In this document: positions 29,520-40,100 of the stretch, one piece after another
How the letters are laid out: each line of letters starts with the position of its first letter
How positions within the stretch are numbered: position 1 is the first letter of the stretch
Source: Lama guanicoe
Taxonomy: Eukaryota
Reading direction: 5' to 3'
DNA length: 64,000 nt
NCBI GenBank assembly: GCA_013239625.1
Contig: MU054001.1
Coordinates: 3,822,167 to 3,886,166, forward strand
The notes under the pieces: generated by a model
Seen by the model: the letters and a program-made list of their open reading frames with translations, nothing else
Databases searched by the model: none
What the model was told of the DNA's origin: nothing
Translations under genes and position numbers: made by a program

Positions 29520-32500
29520 AAACTATACAATTTCATCAGTTCAAGACTTTAATTCATTATGCAATCAATTATCTTACTGAAAACAGCAGTTCTTATGTAT
29601 CCTCTGTTATGTGAATGTGGCTATTTGGTTTCTAACTATGGTACTTACTCCATCCCTCTTTGAGGCGGAGGTATCCATTTTCCATTACCCTGGGTAACAG
29701 CAGCAGATGACAGCACTATCATATTTATCTATTTTATTCTTGGAATAAAGAATCTTATTTATTTATTTGAGGAGTAAAACTCCTAAAACTAAAGAGCCAA
29801 ATTTTAAGTTTAACCGTTTAACTCAATGATAAAATATGTAATCCGACAAATTCACAGAGTAACATTTCTTTTAGAACACATTGTAGATAATGAGGTACTC
29901 TATAATGGTAAGGTTTTTATAAGTCTGTCCCTCTACAAGCCAGAATGAGACATGAAGATTACCCAAGACAGGGTAAAGGGTCTGGCACCTCCTTACACCA
30001 ACATTATTGAAATATGTGCATACATTTAGTGAGGGCAGGCAGCATAAAGCAGGTCTTTTTTTTATTTTCTTTCTTTCTTTTTTACAATGTGTTTGTCTTA
30101 ATTCCACCTGAGGGCACTACTATAGCAGGAATAGGATCAATTTATATTTGCCACTTACGTAAGACACCCATGGAAACCTGTCTTGGCACCTTGTAAACAA
30201 AACCCCTTATGAGGGCTACCCAAACAGCGACCCAAACCTTCATTTGGCTCTATTCCTTGAAAGTCCCAAAACGAAGTATCTGTTACTGCTGACCAAAATT
30301 CTTTTTAGAGGCCAGTATTTTTCAACAAGGAAATAGTCTCATTTGTATCTCGATCATGGAATTATCAATAGGAATACAAATTATTTTGTGTGACTCTCAA
30401 TAGGCAAGGTGTCTGCTACTGTGTTAAGAGGCTTTACATCATGCTTTCTGAGTCCTCGTGTCTGCCTTCTGTAGATTTACGGTCTACAGTTTTCCCTTGC
30501 CATCAGCCATTTTCAGTGGTTTCCTGCAGCATGTATTTGACTTCTTTCATGGCCCTGCTGCTTTCCAACTTACTACTTCTAACCAGTTCTAAGAAGCCAG
30601 GTGATGAAATCTATTTGTGTGTTTAAAAAACAAACAAAAAAATAACAAAAAGGGGGAAACATAACCTCTGAACAGGTCTTTTAGGAGTAAAGCTCACAGG
30701 CTTTATTGCGTGGACATTATTTCGGTTGCTCCTAGAAGGATGAGACGGTCAAAAAGCAACTTTTTAAAAAATGAAGCTGTTTTGTTCTCTTTAAAATGTA
30801 TTTAAATATTTTTGGCCAAAAATTGTTTTTAAAGTATAGCAACTATATTTTGAAAACAAATTTTTTTAATTCTTAAAACTTACATCTTCAAATGTTAAAA
30901 TTGGGAAATTCCTTGTATCTTAATAATTATTTTACACCAACACATCCTGCTCTATTGGTTCTCTAGCTTAACAATTCATGTCACAATTTAAAATAAAAAC
31001 CACCAGTGCTAATGGGATACTACCAAGGCAAAACTAAATTTCTATATGTAAAGCGTTAGGATACTCTGTTTTAAATGAATTTGATTACAAAAGTGGGTTT
31101 TTTGCAAATCATTTAAGAAACAGTCCACAGTAAAATATGATACAACTACTATGGTTTATAAACAGATTGAGGGCAATTTAATAATAGTAAGAACTGTATT
31201 TTAAAGTGACCTACACAAAGAGCAATTAATTTTTTTCTAACTTGTATTAGCACAAATATGAGTGAATTTAAACTCATTAACAGGATGGGTCATGTTAGAC
31301 AACTAGAACAGCCAAAGCAAAAGTTATGAAATATTTTAAAAGCATTATCCAAAAATAAAAAGGATGTGGTTTTTCCTCTTTTAGAAAGAATACATTAAGA
31401 AAGAATAGGTTTGGAACTATCATATTAAAAACTGATTCTTCTTACTGCAACTGAATGGGGAACTTTATGGCTCTACTAGAGGTATCAAGACAATAAATTT
31501 AATGATTAATATCTCAATATATTGGCACTACAGCAGAATATGCTAATAGAGGCTTTCCTCCCACTGTAGAAATGAATATAATGCCAACATTCTTCTTTCA
31601 CTTAAATTAAGTCTCAAGAAACCCAAGCAATAAAAACTAACCCGAGACCTTATGGGAAAGATTTAAATCACTCTGTCAGTGAGTTATCAATCATTTTTCT
31701 GCTCTCAACACAGTGTTAGACACTGAAAAATAGAGGTTTAAGACATGGTGGCTGCCCTCATTTGTGTTCTCTTACTACTTTTTAGGTCTAATTGTTTAAA
31801 AATTGCCTCTGACTATGCTGTACTTCACTTTTGAGTGTAAGCATATCACAAACAATTCATCTAAATACCATCATACTTATTTCAGGCTGGAAAACTGAAT
31901 AATTATGAGTATCCTGATAAATACTCTAATACTGAATGAAGATTGTCAAAGAGTTGGAATACAATAATATTTTTAACCCTAAAATCATACTGAACAGGAT
32001 TTTCTTTTGACAACATCTGAGAGGAGGGAACAGTTTAGGGTCACATAGATTTGAAAATACATCCTGTTATCTAAGCTTCTTGATGGTCTGGATTCTGAGT
32101 AAAGGAGAATTTAATTGTATTAAAATAAAGTCATTAAACTAAGATAAAGGTGGGAAGGCACAAGTATCAATTTCCTGTCAATGCAATGAAAAGGAGATGA
32201 TCAAGAAATAAGTTTTAGATGAAAGTATTAAAGGTCCAAATTAGTTCTAAAAGAATATTTAGCACAAACAAACACCCTTAGCTACATAAAATTGACAATG
32301 GTTAACTTATCGAGAAGATACAATGTCATTTTGATTCTCAAATCAGGTTATTGTTCAAAGACCTTCAAGAAAGAAAATAAAAACAGATGCAATTTAGTAA
32401 TACTTTGCATCTCCTGAGATATCCTGACTTGTTCTAAAAACCACAGGGAGCTATGTAAATCAGAATAAAAATTACAGTACTAAAGAACTGCCCATAATTA

Positions 32501-34147
32501 TATATGGAAAAGAAGAAGGTCAGCGAAATACTAAAGAAAAGAAGATACACAGGACTTTCTCCAAGTACTTCTACAGCTAGAATAATTAACACTTTAAGAA
32601 AGAATATCTCTCGGTAAGAAAACAAGTTTTCATATTTCTAAACAGCAGAGATTCCATGACCAGAAAAGAGTCAGTTTTAATTTTTCTCATAGATTAATCT
32701 GTGGCCCAAGTACACAAGTATTCAGTCCCTAGAACCAGCATAGGATATGAGGTTTAAAAGAAAGCCTGCCTCCCACGTCTACATATTCATGTCAGAAGAA
32801 CTAGGAACACTTGTGTCTCACTAGAGTTAAACCTGACCACTACACTTTCCAAACTGTGAACTCCCCAAGCCCTTTATCTTTATACTTCCAAGGCCCAAAC
32901 AAGAGCTTGACAATATGTTAGACATTCAGTACAGGACATATGAATGACTTGCTTAACTCAAGCGATAACAGTGAAAGTCAAAATTCCATTTCCTCATCCT
33001 AACTGTTTAAGAGGTTAAAAGCTTCTTCAAGGTTAAAAGAAGAAAAGAAGACTCAGGAGTTGGCAGTATTTAATGATTTTTACCTAATCCCTTAGATAAA
33101 CACTCATTCTAATTTTCTGGCTCAATGAAGTAATGGTCAGTTTTTACACCGCTTCATCATTACACGCTTAAGAGGAAACCAGGAAACTTTCACAATTGTG
33201 AAAACAACTTGCTTTGAGGTTCATTTGAAACTGGGTTCCTAGATCCCCACGCCATGTCTGATGCTTATAAATTCTGTATAATCAAGAAAAGTACTTTGAC
33301 AAATTTAAGATCAAAGTGCGAAAATCAGGAACAAAATACCAACAGTTTGATGAATAAGATAATCACTCCTGTCTCCCTTCTTGTGTTAGAGGCTTCCTTA
33401 AACAAAATCACAGTTTAGGCATGTCAGACCACAAGAAATCATTCCTGCTGCATGTCTGTTGATTTATATAACAAGTGTCCTGGTCTTATCAGCTCTTCAC
33501 AAAAGTTACCCTCCAAAGGAAGGCTTCTTCGAAAGAGTACTGTAAAATTTTGTGGCCATCAGAGAATGTTCTGGGTGTTATCAACATTCACAGTACATGA
33601 ACTTTAACAAGAAATTCCAGCAAATCATTTCCTTGTAATACTGCGCTAGTTCAAATCCACCCACACTACCCAGTAGGGAACTGGCAAGCTAAATTCTTAG
33701 GCCATTCAATTTACTTGGGGCGTGAGGTGGTGTGTGCAGAAACCCAACACTTGAATGAACACCCTTTCTCAAGGCCTAGATTTTTCTCCCGGAGCCAATG
33801 ACTGCAAAAGGAACAATCTTATTAAGATCCCCATTAGCCAGAAATCAAAGGCAAGGCAGGGAATGCTCCTTAACTGAGCTAAGGATACAACTTTCCAGGG
33901 AGCCTCGGGAGAGGAAGGGGGCAGGGGTGATGGGGGCTGAGAGACTGAAAGGCTTGGTGGCTGGAAGATGACAACCATCCTAAAACATGCAAATGCCACA
34001 GGGCGGAATAGAAAAGAAGCCAAGTACATGAATAACTGGGCAGCTAACCCGGCTGAGAACCCAACTCAGGAATACTATTTTCCGTTTCCCCCACAGATCC
34101 TTAATATGACAAAAAAGAAAAACAAAAAGAAGTAAAAGAATGAATAC

Positions 34148-34228
34148 CTTGCTTCAATAGAGCGCACCTTTCAACTAAAGAACTCCGGGTTGTTGTGTAA
34201 AACCATCGTCACCCTGGAAAGGGGGAAA
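34148..34228 (-). other. CYLD: CYLD non-coding exon 2 (81 nt)
   Basis: tttttctttcag|TTTCCCCCTTTCCAGGGTGACGATGG...GCAAG|gtattc; good polypyrimidine tract; resembles the recalled human 5' UTR. Confidence 0.75.
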
Positions 34229-34589
34229 CTGAAAGAAAAAGCACAACACGCCATTAAGGAGGCCAGAACCCCGACTGCTCTTCCTGGACGGGAGCCACAA
34301 ACACCCCAAAACCGATCGACTGATACGCCCCAAGGCACCAGTGTGAGACACTACAGCCCTGGGCTCTCGATGCCAACCTGGGCCGTCGGGAGCTAGCCAG
34401 CGGCCCGTGCCTCAGTTTCCCCATCTGTAAATGGAGGCCGAAGGAGAGGCGGTTTCCTGCGCTGCTCCCACCCTAAGTCCTCTCTTCTCCGGAGGTCCCG
34501 GCGGCGGCGACCACCACGCTCCCTCACTGGAGAGCCCTCCCAGGAAGGCCGGGGGGGTGGGGAAGCCCCGGGGGTGGGGAAGCCCGGGC

Positions 34590-34597
34590 TGACGTCA
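34590..34597. promoter_or_regulatory. Full CRE (TGACGTCA) in CYLD intron 1
   Basis: Perfect CREB/ATF palindrome, extended to GCTGACGTCAGC (34588-34599), inside the CpG island. Confidence 0.65.
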
Positions 34598-34863
34598 GCG
34601 GGCTCCGCACCCCGCGGACCTGGCCGGCTACCGGCCAGGGCAAGTAACGGGCCGGCGCCCAGGGCCGGACAGCCGCAGCGGCAGCTCGAGGCGCCCTAAG
34701 GCCGGGTAGGGGCGCCCGAGGGGCCGGGCCGCCCGCCGCTCGCCCGCTCGGCCTCCCGCTTGCTCACTCACCTCGGGCGGCGGGGCGTTCCCCCTTCCCC
34801 AGCCTCGCCAGCCCGCGTCCCAGGACGGCCCCGGCACCCTACACCCACCGCCCTAGTATTTAC

Positions 34864-34930
34864 CTCCGACGCGCGGGCCCCAGCGCAGCCGAACCTGCTA
34901 CCTGGGCCCGCCCCCACCTGCCCCGCCTCC
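34864..34930 (-). other. CYLD: CYLD non-coding exon 1 (5' end approximate; alternative donor at 34772)
   Basis: GGGCCCAGGTAGCAGGTTCGGCTGCGC...GCGTCGGAG|gtaaat resembles the human CYLD mRNA start as recalled; a second strong donor CCGAG|gtgagt lies at 34772. Confidence 0.7.
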
Positions 34931-35083
34931 GAACCGCCCAGGGAAAGAGGGAGGGAGCGGGGGTGGAAGGGGCAACCGCCACGCTAACCAATTGCAGCCC
35001 GAGCTGCGTTCCTGCGCACGCTCTGATTGGGCCGCCCAGTGACAGACCTTCCTCCAATGGCTGCCGGCCCGGAGCCGACTGAA

Positions 35084-35093
35084 GGGACTTTCC
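35084..35093 (+). promoter_or_regulatory. NF-kB site GGGACTTTCC
   Basis: Exact match to the canonical kB decamer ~150 bp upstream of the inferred CYLD start region. CYLD is an established NF-kB-inducible feedback inhibitor. Confidence 0.8.
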
Positions 35094-35970
35094 GCTCTGT
35101 CAAGCTCGGTGGAGCCAAAGGGAAAGCGGAGGGGAGGGGAGGAGAAGAGGGGGGATGGGGGCGGGAATCTCTGGCTGATTGGACGAAAGACTATGGGTGC
35201 CGAGGCACCATTGGCTGACACCGGATCCGGGGCGGGGCTCTGTGCTTCTCCCGGCTCCACCTCCCAGGCCAAGGTCTTGGCTTTTAGCTTAACTGTCAAA
35301 ACTCTTGTAAAGCTGAGACTTTGGGGCTGGAGTGGGGTCAGCCTCAATTTCCCCATATATCCCAATCCTAATAGGATTCTAGGACTCCATGAAAAGGCAA
35401 AGCTTTAGAAAAAGACCTATGTTTGCTTAGACCCTTTGCACTTTCGATTAGCAGCCGCGTGACACGGGGAACTCACAACCACTCAGCCTCAATTTCCCCA
35501 TCTGCAAAAAAGGAGATAATCGTTATCACCTTGTCTTACAGGATTGTTGTGAAATATCATATGTAAGGTTCCTAACGCACAGCAGGATCTCAATAATGTT
35601 AAGCTTTTGCCTCTCAGGTTCTGCCTGGGACCCGTGCTGTTTCTGACCACTCTGTTGCCAACTATCGCAATTTGGAAGGAGGTCTCCCTTGAGTGGAGAA
35701 GGGATTTCCACACGCCGCCTCCCTTAGCTCTTCTGCACCCGTGGCTACCAGCCAGGACTTGGGGTGTAGTTAAGGATCTTTCAATTAGAAGGAAGGTCTC
35801 TAATTCCCAAAAGTGCTCAAAATATTTAAGGAAGTGCTTATTATAATCAGTCCCAGAGCCTTGCAGCATACCTTGCTGCACTGGATACTCCTGTTAATTA
35901 ATTCCTTCTCCTTTGACATTTTAAGTACCAATTATGGGAAAAGGTGATTAATACTGAGAAAGGAAGAGGG

Positions 35971-35974
35971 GTGT

Positions 35975-36022
<48 letters not shown>
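35971..36022. repeat. (GT)4AT(GT)21 microsatellite ~1 kb upstream of CYLD
   Basis: Read directly from the sequence. Confidence 0.95.
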
Positions 36023-36024
<2 letters not shown>

Positions 36025-37084
36025 AATCATGAGAGGAAAAATTTCCCCAGTGGAAAGTGACATTTCTGAAGATTTGGGGAATTTAAACCAGTAACTACAT
36101 AAAAGAAGTCACATGAGTGATTATTAACAGTACTAGTAAACCACCCATCTTCCTTGCCATAAGCACCCAAAATGAAGCAGACATCTTTTGAAAACCTGAG
36201 CCTCAATCTATCCTTGTCCCTCCTTAGTCCACCTTTAACCAGCTTCATAATCACGCTGCAGGAGAAAGCAATAAAATAAGAATCAACAGGCCTAGCTCGA
36301 AGGTGGCCTTAGACAACACTGTTCCCTTCTACAACTAGATTCTCCAAAAAAAGTCAATAGGACTCAGAAGTCACAGCCTGGCTGTCTGGCAAAGAAAAAT
36401 TCAGCCTGTAGACTCTTTTTGCGGACTCATAGAGTGAGAAGGAGGAAGGAGAAGAGGAAGCAGGGTGCGAGAGAAGAATTTTGAATCCTTTTAGACAGGG
36501 CAAGCACTCTCCCTTTCTCCAGTTTGCCACAGCCCTCACCATTCCCTATTTTATCCTGCTGACACACTTCTCTCCGTTACATTATCTGCTGGCTCCTGAA
36601 GGCATTTGTGTCTGCCACCCCTGGCTTAGAACATCTTTCTGTCCTTTCTGATGATGGTGTATGCTTCAGGAGGGATTTCATCTCTACCAGCAGTGGTCAG
36701 ATCCTTTGCACAGCCCTCCTGTCACAGATTCCCTGAATCAGACTGTGTTGGGGCTTGACTTCACCCAAGAGATATTCTTCCAAGCCAGGTCTAATCAACC
36801 TAATCAACAGGGCTTATCTCAATGACCATCTCCAATTATTGGTAACGATAGCTTAGAACATTGTATTGAAAACAATCCTAAAGCTGTATTCAGGCTCCCA
36901 GGAAAGAAAGATGCCTACCAGGGGATGAGGTGGGGCAATAGAGTCATGGTGCTATTATTTGCAGTCCTTGGTAAGCCAGCCTCTCATTTTACAGATGGGA
37001 GATTAAGGTCCAGAGAGGGGAAACAACTTGTCCCCAGTCACCCAGGAGATGAGCTGGGACTCTCCTAATTTCAAGCCAGGGCTC

Positions 37085-37232
37085 TTTTCTCTATTTTTCT
37101 TTTTTTGGGTAGAGGATCTAAGTTTACTCATTTATTTTTTTAATTCTTTTTTACAAGTAGAGGTACTGGGGATTGAACCCAGGACCTCGCGCATGCTAAG
37201 CACAGACACTACCACAGAGCTCTACTCTCCTC
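37085..37232 (-). mobile_element. tRNA-Ala-derived SINE (Vic-1-like)
   Basis: Reverse strand shows a tRNA-like head (GCTTAGCATGCGCGAGGTCCTGGGTTCAATCCCCAGTACCTC) and A-rich tail; TSD TCAAGCCAGG(G/T)CTC at 37071 and 37233. Confidence 0.88.
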
Positions 37233-37969
37233 TCAAGCCAGGTCTCGTTCTACCTCTGTTTGAATGGGTTCTCCAATTAAAATTCCCATCCTCTTTGCCT
37301 TCCAAATCTTCCTTTCATTTAAGGCTCAGCCAAAGCCCACTCACATCCCAAGGTCTTTGCAGGTGGCTCCAGGTCCCACTGATCACCTCTGTCTACCCAC
37401 CACCTGAGAGCTGGTTCCACTCAGCCTGGCCCTGGCTTCACGCAACCAGCGGTTCAGGCACCCAGCTGGCAGCAGGAAACACAGCAGCATACAAGAGAGA
37501 TGTCACCTCACCCTTTGACAAGGAAGGCAGACCTTAAACAACTAATTACACAATCACTTAATTAGGGAGGTGAGAGGAAGCCTCAGGAGTACTGCTCCGA
37601 GCACACATCAAGGGTGGCTTGGAGTTCGGGGAAAGCCTGGTTAAGGAACTCACCATTAGATGTGGTACAAAAGATGCCTGGCAGCCGGGGTGAGGGGAGC
37701 ATTCCAGGCAAAGGGAACATATTGCATGACATGTCCGAGGAACTGAGAGAGGCAGAATGCAGAACTATGGGCGCAGAAGGGCCAGGCCGGCGGGGTACGG
37801 CGAACCGAGACCAAGGGGTGCTCTTTATCCCAGGAGCAGTGGGAGCCCTCTGAAGGGTGGTAAGCTGGGTAGTGACTGTAATTCTAAATTCTCTCGCACA
37901 TTTCTCTTATTACACACAGCAGGACTCTAACACAGAGCCATTGAACCACGTGGAGCTCTCTCCCCCAGG

Positions 37970-38590
37970 TGTTGCTGGTGATCAGGTTCTTGTTCGTTGC
38001 AGAAAGAATTCAGAGACAGGGAGGTTAAGAAAGTAAAGTGAGGATTTATTAAGAGATAGATAGATAGAGTGGGTGGGCTCAGGTGAGCAGCTGCTCTGAG
38101 TTTCTTTGGTAAGTTGGTTACACAGGGTGTAAAAATGAATGGGCGGAATAGTCACTGGGGAGGGAAGGGTTTGGGATTGTATTCCCTGATTTTCATCCGA
38201 ATTCCTCCTTCCCGAGGAGAGCAGGGATTTTTGTCCTTATTAGCCTGGATCGGAAGTGTCATGGCGTCGGTATATGATGGGTACTTCTAATCTGCAAGGT
38301 AATTTTATTGTAATAGGAGCATAATGAGCAAAAGGTTACATTCAGACACTGGAGATTCCTTTATCCCATCTTTCTTTGTTGGCTTCCATGATACTTGTTG
38401 CCCAAAAATGTGTGATTTCTTATCAGCCAGGGGTTCCTGCTTTTCTCTGTCTACCCAAGAACCCCTATTGCTTACATGATGTGTGGTTTCCTGCATTTGG
38501 CCCGTGCCCCTCCTTTTTTTGCCTGATTTCTGCCATTTGGCCTGCATCCCCCTTTCTCTGCTCATATCACTCCATCTGCCTGCTCTAACA
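37970..38590 (-). mobile_element. Solo ERV LTR, 621 bp
   Basis: TG...CA termini (TGTTG...TAACA), perfect 5-bp TSD CCAGG (37965-37969 and 38591-38595), minus-strand AATAAA at 38050-38045 about 75 bp from the 3' end. Confidence 0.88.
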
Positions 38591-39469
38591 CCAGGAGCTG
38601 GGACTCTCCTGGCAGCCTGATAGGGGCCTCTGACTTAGAATAACACCTAGTCTGGACTCAGCAAAGCCTTCTCAATAGCACACGTCACGGTTATTCAGGA
38701 CATCCTCCCTCATGCCTCCCAAATGGCTGCCACAGGCTACCCCTTACTTCCATCCCCATCAGATTCAGTGATTTTTTTTATATTCTATTGCCTCCACTCA
38801 ACCCAAAGGCTCCTGATACTCCACACCCCTCACTGCAACCCTGCTGTCTTCCCCATCTCAGGAAATGGCAACTGCTAGTTTTTCATCCAACCTCCCTTGA
38901 GTCCAGCCATTTCCCCATCACTTCTGTGAACACGTGCATTCTCCAAACTGAAAGGCTAAGTGGATCAAGCATCCCCACAGGCAAGGATACTGTACAGTGC
39001 TTTCTCCATAATAGACCAGCACAGGGTTTCAATCAATGGCCTTCCATCTCAAGGATATGCTTCTCTCTTAGCGAGGGACAAACTCGAGGTACAACTGAAC
39101 ATTCTGTCTCTGAGGGCTTTTACTCCGGTCGCCTAAAAGCTCTTTATGATAAGATAAAAAAGATTACTTCAATCATCTTTAATCCAGCCGAACAATAAAT
39201 CCATGCTCTCCGGTTTGAGCTATTTGCTGTTATCAACGACAAATGATTTAGAAAACACACAGAGAGAGAAAAAAGGTTCAAGATTCACTCTTCATTGGGA
39301 TCTTTGTGCTACCTCTAGAAGCCATTTTGAGCAGTAGATACATTAGGAATGATCCCATGTCCCCAGAAGCCTTCCTCCCTTAGGAAGGAGACACTAGTTG
39401 TGTCTGGAAAAAAAAGTGACTCATTATCATCCTCTACCCCAACTTCTATTTCTGCCCCCTTTAAGCAGG

Positions 39470-40100
39470 TGGATTCTCCATTCATTCAAAAAATATTTGG
39501 GCATCTACTATGTGCCAGACACCGTTCTAAATTCTGAGGACATTGCAGTGAGCAGAGCCCATGTTCCCATGGAGCTGGCATTCTAGGGGAAGGAAGAAAC
39601 AAGCGTGCATCAGGAGGTGCATGCTGAGAAGATAGTACCAAGCAGGGCAGGGGAGAAGAGGTGGTTGGGGTCTGCTATTTTAGGCAGATTGTTCAGGGAA
39701 AAGCTCCTTTGATAAGGCATCGTGCAAAGACCTGAAGGAAATGAGGAAGCCAGCCATGCTGCTATCTACAGAAGACTGTTCCCATAAGAGGATACAGGCA
39801 AGTGCAAACATCTGGAAGCAGCAATGTGCTTGGTGTTGTCAAGGAACAGCCAAGAAGCTGGTGTGGCTGGAGTGCAGAGGATGGGGGTGTAAGTGACAAC
39901 AGTGAGGCCAGAGAAACACAGGGGTGGTCCAGGCCAGCAGGAGACCTTGACATTCACCCAGCACCAGATGGAAGTCTTGGGAAGTTGAGATAAGAGCTGT
40001 GGCTCATCTGACTTATGTTTTAATGGGCTCATTCCAAGGCACAAGGGCAAAAGCAGAGAGAGCAGTCAGGAGACTGAAGCAGAATAATCAGGCAAGGGTG
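39470..40100 (+). mobile_element. L2 LINE relic (strand uncertain)
   Basis: cattcattcaaaaaatatttgggcatctactatgtgccagacac start followed by a purine-rich L2 body; opposite orientation to the L2 relics at 21.4 and 48.2 kb. Confidence 0.6.

Larger units (their letters stand above)
34300..35260. promoter_or_regulatory. CYLD: CYLD CpG-island promoter
   Basis: Dense CpG/GC-rich block in otherwise CpG-poor DNA, ~7 kb upstream of the CYLD ATG. Contains GC boxes (GGGGCGGG near 35158 and 35229) and CCAAT/ATTGG at 34988, 35026, 35054, 35178 and 35210; no obvious TATA box. Confidence 0.93.

Noticed and set aside
34628..35408. ORFs in the CpG island
   Set aside because: Stop-poor GC-rich promoter DNA giving low-complexity P/G/R translations.
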